NCBI RefSeq assembly: GCF_009914755.1
Contig: NC_060933.1
Source: the human T2T-CHM13v2.0 reference genome, Homo sapiens
DNA length: 64,000 bases
Direction: 5' to 3' (one strand)
How positions within the stretch are numbered: position 1 is the first letter of the stretch; every line of letters begins with the position of its first letter. The position numbers were made by a program, and so were the translations under genes. The notes under the pieces are model-generated. The model made no database searches. It saw only the letters and a list, made by a program, of their open reading frames with translations, and had not been told where the DNA came from. Positions 54,710 through 64,000 of the stretch are shown here, in pieces.

Positions 54710-55122
54710 TATTATGGGTTGTGCATCCCCCACAAAGATGAGCCATTCTGAAGTCCTAACTCTCAGGACCTCAAAATGTGACCTTATTTGGAAACAGGAT
54801 CCTTGCAGATGTAATAGTTAAAGTTAGGTCACATTGGAGCAGGGTGGGCCGCTGACCCAATGTGACTGTGTTCTTATAAAAAGGAGACCGGTGAAGACCT
54901 AGGATTGGAGTGACACAGCCACAAGCCAAGGAACTCCAAAGATTGCTGCAGCCACCAGAAGCCAGGAAGAGGCAAGCAAGGACTTCCTAAGGTTTCAGAG
55001 GGAGCACGGCCCTGCACCACGCTGATGTCAGACTTCTGGCCTCTGGAACTATGAGATAGCCCATTTCTGTTGTTTGGAGCCACCCAGGTTGTCTTTGTTA
55101 CAGCAGCCCTGAGGAACTAACC
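54710..55122 (+). mobile_element. MLT1 (MLT1C-like) ERVL-MaLR LTR
   Basis: aatgtgaccttatttggaaacagg...gccacaagccaagga...gacttctggcctctggaactatgaga...ttgttacagcagccctgaggaactaa. Confidence 0.88.
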
Positions 55123-55170
55123 CAACCTCCATCCAGGAATGGATTGTATTTCCTGCTGCCAATGCTGGAG

Positions 55171-56183
<1,013 letters not shown>

Positions 56184-56867
56184 GTTGGGAGCTGCAAAGT
56201 GATGCTCCAACTTAGAAACGAGACACGGGATCCATCAGCTATGATACAAGATGAATTCCTGGTGGATTGGAACTCGGGCAAGCAGCCTCATGAAGAAACA
56301 AGGTATGCATGATGCTATTAGCAGGCAAGGGCCCTGGTCAGCTGAGACGGTCCTGCTTCCTCTGGATAGGGTATCCTGGCCACTGGAATATTTAAAACTA
56401 GGAAATTCAGAAAGTTATATTTGCACACTGGGATGTCTAATTTGTTTGTTATGCTGATCAGTGCAAAAAATCTTTTCCATAATTGTATTTGAATATTCAT
56501 AAGTGTTGCTAGAAGAAAAAGTCAATTTCATGTCAAACCACCAAGGATCACATTTTCTTCACATGCTGCTCTTTTGCCAGGGAGAAGTGATTCAATGTAT
56601 GTTGACAAAAAGCAGGACTGAGAAGAGCAGAACTGGTCCAAGAACTTATGAAATACCCACATTCAGGGAGACTTTCTCTAAGGAGAAACATCCCTCTTCA
56701 GAAGTCTGGGGAGCTTGCATACTGAGTAGAAAGGCAGAGCCGTACCTCCCTGGAGAGTCTCTGAAGACCTCATCTGCCCAGCCATCCAGCGTGAGCTCTG
56801 GAAACCTTCTGCCTTTTAGTCTATGTCAAGACTAGAAGCCAAGCAAGGTGTCACAGCCCTTCATAAC

Positions 56868-57254
56868 TGTTAATGAGAAATAGAACTGAACACTATCCAA
56901 GGCAAAAAGACAGACTCTGTTGAGCACTACTGCAAAAGGAAAGCGCCGAGCACAATTCCCAACACAAGGACAAGTGGGGATTTACAGCCCAGGAACAGGG
57001 TGGAGGTGGGGGGTTGGCAGATGGAAAACAGAGGGGACCTTGACGGTAGGGGGGTATCTTGCTAAACTAACTTAACAGGACACCTGCTGCAGGCAGGCCA
57101 GGATGATTGGATACTAAAGGCAGAAGAGGACTTAACAGGATTCTTTGCTAAGACTGGCTCAGGCAGGCTGAGCACGGGGTCCAAGGATGAGGCCTAGCTG
57201 AAAAAAGTGCCGGAGGAGTCTGTCTGAAGTTGGTCAAGCAGTGAGTTATTATCG
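56868..57254 (-). mobile_element. MER31-like ERV1 LTR
   Basis: ggacaagtggggatttacagcc, cttgctaaactaacttaacagga, gaggcctag...aagttggtcaag. Confidence 0.7.
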
Positions 57255-58001
57255 TGCTCTCGGGAGGAAATGCAGAAAGGACTACCCTTAAATCAGGGGC
57301 AGCGGGGAGGGGAGAGGGGCTCAGGGAGGGAGGGCAGGCCTGAGGGTGCCTTCACTGGGGTCTCTCCGGCCAGCATCTGGAGTGGGACTCACTGCCCAGT
57401 TTCCCTGTGGTTGTCCAAGGCAAGTAAAGCTGCTTACAGATGCCCACACTCATGTCACCTTTAGATGCCCTGGAAGGAAGTTTGGTATGAAAGTGGCTTT
57501 GCATATCCCAGCTAGGAAAGTAGGGGCCACCTAATCCTGTTTCCAGGACTGCATTTGTGAGTGTTCCTGTGTGTGTTGTGCAGAGAGAAACATGAAGGAG
57601 AACTTGGCTCCAGCAGCGGTGGGAGAATGCAGGGCTTCATGCTGCATCCTGTGGCACCTGCAGCCCACTCCCTCCCCAGGGAGAGGTCAGGGGGACAGCA
57701 TTTGGAGGCAAATGACACAAGCTTTCTGCAATAGGAAGGGGTTTGGGAAAGTCCATTTGAAGACTGGCTGCCCCGGAAGAGTCAGCAATGACCCTTGAGA
57801 ATGCCCTTTACTGAGTGAGCCAGGCTGAGCTGTTCTGGAGTCTCTGGTGCACGCATCTGACGAAGACCCCTCTTCCTTGCTGTCTACACACAGCCGCTCA
57901 GAGCAGGCAGTCCAAGGAGAATCTGGGATGGGGGTGGCTGACTCTGTTCCCCCATGATCACACCTCCCTGGAGGGCTTACTCGCTTCACCCAGGTCCCTG
58001 A

Positions 58002-58679
58002 TGTAAACTAAATATAAAATCCTAACCCTCTACTCATTGAACAGACCCCCTGTTGGCCAAGAGGATCCCAGAAAAAAGTTAAAAACGAAATTCCTGGCCA
58101 CAATGGGAAGGGAGGTTGGACTCATGCCTTGTTACATGCCCTCCCTTTTGGAGTTTAGGCAGAACTGACCAGCATAAATGTTAAAATACAGATCATAAGA
58201 CTAACAAAACAGACTCTTTGTGACAATAAGGTAGCAAATGATAAATAGGACCTAAGTCCATGTCAGGCAAGGATTAAGTCACACACCCCATGGGTCACTC
58301 TGACCCAGTGGTTTGGTTAACAGACTTCCTTAACTGAAAACATTCCTTTCTGCTGATTCAAAATTTTTAGACAAAGTTTTACTCTTTTAACCAATTGCAA
58401 ATTGAAGACTCTGGAGTGACCTATGACCAGGAAGCCCCCACTTTAACATATTCTGCCTTTCTGGGCCAAATCAATGTCTAATCTTCATGTATTGATTTAT
58501 GACTTTTTCATAACTTCTGCTTCCCTGAAATGTGTAAAACAGAGTTGCGATCTAACTGCCCTGAGACCACTGACTCAAGGCTTTTTCAGTTTATGTCTTT
58601 CCCTGGGCTGTTGTCACTCATACTAGCTCAGAATAAACCTCTTTCAAATAGTTTACAGAGTTTGGTTTTTCCATTAACA
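58002..58679 (+). mobile_element. MER4-group ERV1 solo LTR
   Basis: TGtaaactaaatataaaatcctaa...gaataaacctctttcaaata...ccattaaCA; 4-bp TSD ctga on both sides. Confidence 0.8.
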
Positions 58680-59064
58680 CTGAGTGGGCTGCTCTCCCCA
58701 GCAATGGAAATGCAGTGCCCCTTGTTCAACAAGCAGGAAAGGAAAGTGCCAGCAAAGGCACTAATATGCAAAAGCTTTTCTCTTTCTAGCATGGTCTTTT
58801 ATTTGCCATTGAATGTCATACTTTCTTGGGCACAGGGTGAATGTCAACTTTCACCCTTGTCTGGGGGCCCTGCAGGCCACCAGCTATTCCTATGCCGTAC
58901 CTACCCTGAGACCTTGTGGGGCAAAGGCATCGGACGTCAGTCTTCCCCCCACCACCTGGGCCCCCAGTGACCACAGAGGACACTAGCGGTTCCTGGGTGG
59001 AGGTGGAGATGGGGAGTCCAGGTGTGGCCCAGGACACCAAAAGGAGGAGAGGATTGAGCAGTCA

Positions 59065-59375
<311 letters not shown>

Positions 59376-59514
59376 AAGAAGAACCTGTCTTGGGGAGGTA
59401 GGGAGGCAGTGGCAGGTGGGAGCACACATGAGCTAGGGTCCAAACACTCACATATGTGCCACTGTCCAAGACCTCTCATATACCACACAAATTCAAAGAT
59501 AAATTAAGAATTTT

Positions 59515-60045
<531 letters not shown>

Positions 60046-60723
60046 AAGACTGCAACCGCAGAACACTGAGCCCCAAGTGAGTGCAGGGCCCTGTGCCTCT
60101 GAGGGTCTGCATGCCTAGGAAGCCGCCCTGCCCCCGACATCGGCAGCAGGAAGTGCGATCCATTCCTGGATGGAGGTTGGGTGAGTTCCCCAGGGCAGGC
60201 AGTATTAATGCGAATGACCGTTAATTTTCTCGGGAGGGTGGCACCGTCAACTAATTAGGAATGCTGTCTACTTTGGCTCATTGTGTGTTCAAGGATAAGA
60301 TGACAAAACAAAATAGTCTGGATGATTTTGAGAGCTTAGCTGCATTTCATTCCTCTTACCTCTGAGTTTTAACGTAAGTCAGGGGCCTCCTCATGCAAGA
60401 TTTATACTGCTCACAGTTCCTCTCAATTTTTTCCTCCGATTTGTCTATCCATTTTCCCCAGAGGACAGTGAATCGGGGCTCTTGACAGCCTGCTTCACCT
60501 AAGAGCGCCAATCAATCCTCCCGCAGGGTTTCCACTGAGCTTTGGCTGCTAAGTACATTTACGCAACCGAGCCGACGGGCTGTGCCTGCAGGCAACGGCG
60601 TCCGCCAATTTCCGTTCATTTAACGGCGAGACTGGGGGAGCCCGGGCCGGCAGGCGGGTCCTCAGGAAGCGCAAATTTCACCTTCCCTGACTCCTCTCAC
60701 CGCTAGATTAAAACTGCGCCCCT

Positions 60724-61098
<375 letters not shown>

Positions 61099-61202
61099 TT
61101 ATTGTTTGTGCCCGTTAGAACATAAGCTCCAGGCAGGCACAGGAGCAGGACTCAGGGGTCGGTGAACGTGACGGGAGTCCAAAGTCAGTGGGGGATCCAT
61201 CT

Positions 61203-61700
61203 TGTCTTAGGAGAGCAAAGACCTTCTCTCTGTCCTCCCCAGTTCCATAGCTGGCTCTATGAAATTAACTGCCAACGGGCAGATGAACGGGGGGAACGGG
61301 AATACACATTTATTAATCTTTAATATCACCTGCATGGGGGCATTGCAGGAAACTAGGTGAAAACCCCCCAAACCAGTGAGCTTTGAGAGCTTCTAAAATT
61401 GGGGAACTGGAAGCTGGTGTAGGCCACTTAGGGGAGAGTAACTGATTTTTAGGAAAGATGCATAAGTCTTTATGAGTTTGTGACAAAGTTTGTCTAGGTG
61501 TGGTGTGGACTTCTGCTGTGATAAGAGTCCATCCTCCCGGGAGGGAATTTACGACAATCAGTTTCTTTTGGAGGTTCCGTCTTTAGACAGGTAAGGGGAG
61601 AACGTCTCTCTGCATTTGCTATTTTTCAAGTGCCTCTCGCTCAAAATAATCAATATACCAAAGCGGCATATTTTAGGATGGCATATTTTGGTTTCATTCA
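61203..61700 (-). mobile_element. MER34-family ERV1 LTR
   Basis: ctcaaaataatcaatataccaaagcggcatattttaggatggcatattttggtttcattca terminus. Confidence 0.7.
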
Positions 61701-62497
61701 CTGTCTTTAAGTTTTTGATATTTTGTTCATTATAAACTTTTTTTGCATTCATTTTGACTTTTTAAGATATTGTATTAAAACATTATTTACCTTGACTACT
61801 GAGTTTTTTTGTCGCGCCCTTAAATTTTGCCCCTATGCGAGTGCCTCGCTCGCTTGCCTCCTTCTAGCCCGGGTCTGGCAGGGAGTTGAAATTATTTTTC
61901 TCACTGCTGAATTCCCAGGGCCTACAACAGTGCTCGCCAAAAAATTAATACTCTTGGTTCTTCAAATAAAACATTCTGTAAGGACTGCTCCCAATTTCTT
62001 CCTGAACTTCACGAACCCTCCCAGCCAGGCCACAGGATGTCAGGGGCAAACACCCTGAACCAACGGAGCTCAGGTTCCCTACCACCCCGCCCAAGCCCGC
62101 TCCAAGCCCAATTACCCTTCCCCTTCCTCGTCGTCCCATCCTCCCTGATGCCTCTTCCAGGGTGCTGGGCCGCGCGGCAAGAGCTCCAAGGCAAGATTCA
62201 AATGCCCTGGGGAGACGGCTGCGGGACACCTGCGGCGGGGCCCGGCAGGGAGCGCGAGACTGGAAGAGAGGCCAGGAGGGAAGGAGAGCGACGCGGGGTT
62301 TTGGGGGAGGGGCTGCGTGGGGCGCTGAAGGGGAGCGCGAGGAGTGGGAGGAAGTGAAGGAGGAGGAAGAGCACGGTGTGGGGGAAGCGCAGGAGGCAAT
62401 AGGTGGGGCGGGACGGAGGGCAGGGCGCTGCGTCGGGAGAAAGTGTAGAAGCGCTGGGGAGAGTGCCCACGACGGGAGAGCCCAGGGGCGCGAGGGC

Positions 62498-63239
62498 GCG
62501 GGAGTGTGGGCGGGGCGCAGTGGGGATGGGGGCGGGGGCGCGGGATGTGGTAGGGGGCGTAGTGGGGAGAGAGTGCAGGAGTGTGGGCAGGGCGCAGTGT
62601 GGGGAGGGTGCGGGAGTGTGAGCGGGGCGCAGTGGAGGGAGTGCAGGATGTGGGCTGGACAACCAGTGGGAGAGGGCGCGGGAGGTGGGCGGGGCGCAGT
62701 CGGGATGGGGGCGGGGGCGCGGGATGTCGGCGGGCCGCAGTGAGGGGGAGGGCGCGGGAGTGTGGGCGGGGCGCAGTGGGGGAGGGAGCGGGAGTGTGCG
62801 CGGGGCGCAGTGAGGGGAAACTGTGGAATGTGGGCGAGGCGCAGTTGGAGAAGAGTGCGGGGATGTGGGCGGGGCGCAGTGAGGGGAAACTGTGGAATGT
62901 GGGCGAGGCGCAGTTGGAGGAGAGTGCGGGGATGTGGGCGGGGTGCGGTGGGGGAGGGTGCGGAGATGTGGGCGGGGCGCAGTGGGTGGAGAGTGTAGGG
63001 ATGTGGGCCCAGCGCAGTGGGGGACAGTGTGGGGATGCGGGCGAGGCGCAGTGGGGGCGGGGGCGGGGATGTGGGCGGGGCGCAGTGGGTGGAGAGTGCG
63101 GGATGTGGGCGGGGCGCAGTGGGTGGAGAGTGCGGAATGTGGGCGGGGCGCAGTTGGGGAGCTTGCGGGGAATGTGGGCGGGGCGCAGTGGTGGGAGGGC
63201 GCAGGAGTGTGGGCGGGGCGCAGTTGGGGGAGGGTGCAG
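62498..63239. repeat. G-rich minisatellite (VNTR), ~21 units of ~34 bp, core TGTGGGCGGGGCGCAGT
   Basis: Units read by eye, e.g. gggatgtgggcggggcgcagtgggtggagagtgc twice in tandem near 63066-63133; a 69-bp higher-order dimer at ~62801-62938. Confidence 0.93.
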
Positions 63240-63536
63240 AGACCTGAGGGCTTGAGGTTGCCTGGCTGGCCCCGCTCCCAGAGGCGGGTGCCGCGCTGTC
63301 GCCCAGGTATCTGGGGTCTCTGGTGTCTGAGTGTCTCATTGTCGGCGCGAACACAATTGCTCCAGCCACAGGCGAGGCCTGGCCAAGGTGTGGGCGCATC
63401 TGGGGCAGGTCTTGAGAGGTCCAGCGCCCGGTGGTGCGGACAGAGGCGGGGCACCGCGGCGCTCGCCGCCGCCTCCCCGCAGGTGATCATCCTCCTGCAG
63501 GTGTCCTCGGGTCTCAGGTGGCTGCGTGTCTGCGCC

Positions 63537-63838
63537 ATGGTTGACATTCTGGGCGAGCGGCACCTGGTGACCTGTAAGGGCGCGACGGTGGAGGCCGAGG
63601 CGGCGCTGCAGAACAAGGTGGTGGCACTGTACTTCGCGGCGGCCCGGTGCGCGCCGAGCCGCGACTTCACGCCGCTGCTCTGCGACTTCTATACGGCGCT
63701 GGTGGCCGAGGCGCGGCGGCCCGCGCCCTTCGAAGTGGTCTTCGTGTCAGCCGACGGCAGCTCCCAGGAGATGCTGGACTTCATGCGCGAGCTGCATGGC
63801 GCCTGGCTGGCGCTGCCCTTCCACGACCCCTACCGGCA
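63537..63838 (+). CDS. NXNL2: Nucleoredoxin-like 2 (RdCVF2) coding exon 1
   Basis: Kozak gcgccATGG; MVDILGERHLVTCKGATVEAEAALQNKVVALYFAAARCAPSRDFTPLLCDFY...LPFHDPYR; thioredoxin-like fold with CAPS (CxxS); donor CA|GTGAGT after 63838. Unspliced read-through ends at TGA 63840-63842 (101 aa). Confidence 0.98.
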
Positions 63839-64000
63839 GTGAGTGGGGGTCCTGGGGGGGCGGGGGCCGCCCGGCACGTCTCCCCCATGTTCCCCCAGGC
63901 CTCCCCCTCTGCACTGGGGAGCTCTTTATGACGCCCCCCCCCAACACCTCCCCGTCTCTCGGTTCACGTCCGGACTCCGGTAAATCACACTCAGTCTCAG

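Larger units (their letters stand above)
62100..64000. promoter_or_regulatory. NXNL2: CpG island / promoter of NXNL2
   Basis: Very high GC and dense CpG through exon 1; many GGGCGG GC-boxes. Confidence 0.9.

Noticed and set aside
56184-58001. Possible continuation of the inverted duplication into the spacer
   Set aside because: Only a weak ~20-nt resemblance across the MER4 insertion site; not distinguishable from chance by eye.
62498-63239. CRISPR-like appearance of a conserved core with variable linkers
   Set aside because: Linkers are related G-rich variants rather than unique spacers; eukaryotic context with no cas genes. It is a minisatellite.
61945-63670. 484-aa and 490-aa minus-strand Pro/His-rich ORFs
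   Set aside because: They translate the C-rich strand of the VNTR and CpG island, which is depleted of stop codons; no recognisable domain.

Overview
Primate (almost certainly human, chr9q22.1) genomic DNA, not prokaryotic. The window starts in the last intron of SPIN1 and contains its terminal coding exon (3179-3378, missed by the ORF track) and a ~3.4-kb repeat-poor 3'UTR ending near AATAAA 6776. About 56 kb of repeat-dense intergenic DNA follows: ~50 Alus, old L1 fragments, DNA transposons, an RPL21 processed pseudogene and a nested cluster of ERV1 solo LTRs at 38.6-43.3 kb. It ends in the CpG island, a G-rich ~34-bp promoter minisatellite and coding exon 1 of NXNL2 (RdCVF2; ATG 63537). 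Nearly all ORFs in the supplied track are Alu, L1 or low-complexity artefacts. I found no convincing new protein-coding system. The most unusual unexplained structures are: an old local inverted duplication (55.1-56.15 kb vs 58.7-60.2 kb), a 42-bp-arm fold-back palindrome at 38512-38603, a 31-bp templated insertion (35975 copied to 37222), a twice-used L1 endonuclease target, and the NXNL2 promoter VNTR with an in-frame upstream ATG and triple CAGGTG. Gene and repeat-family names are recognised from memory of the proteins and consensus sequences, not from database searches. Repeat boundaries are approximate unless a TSD is quoted.
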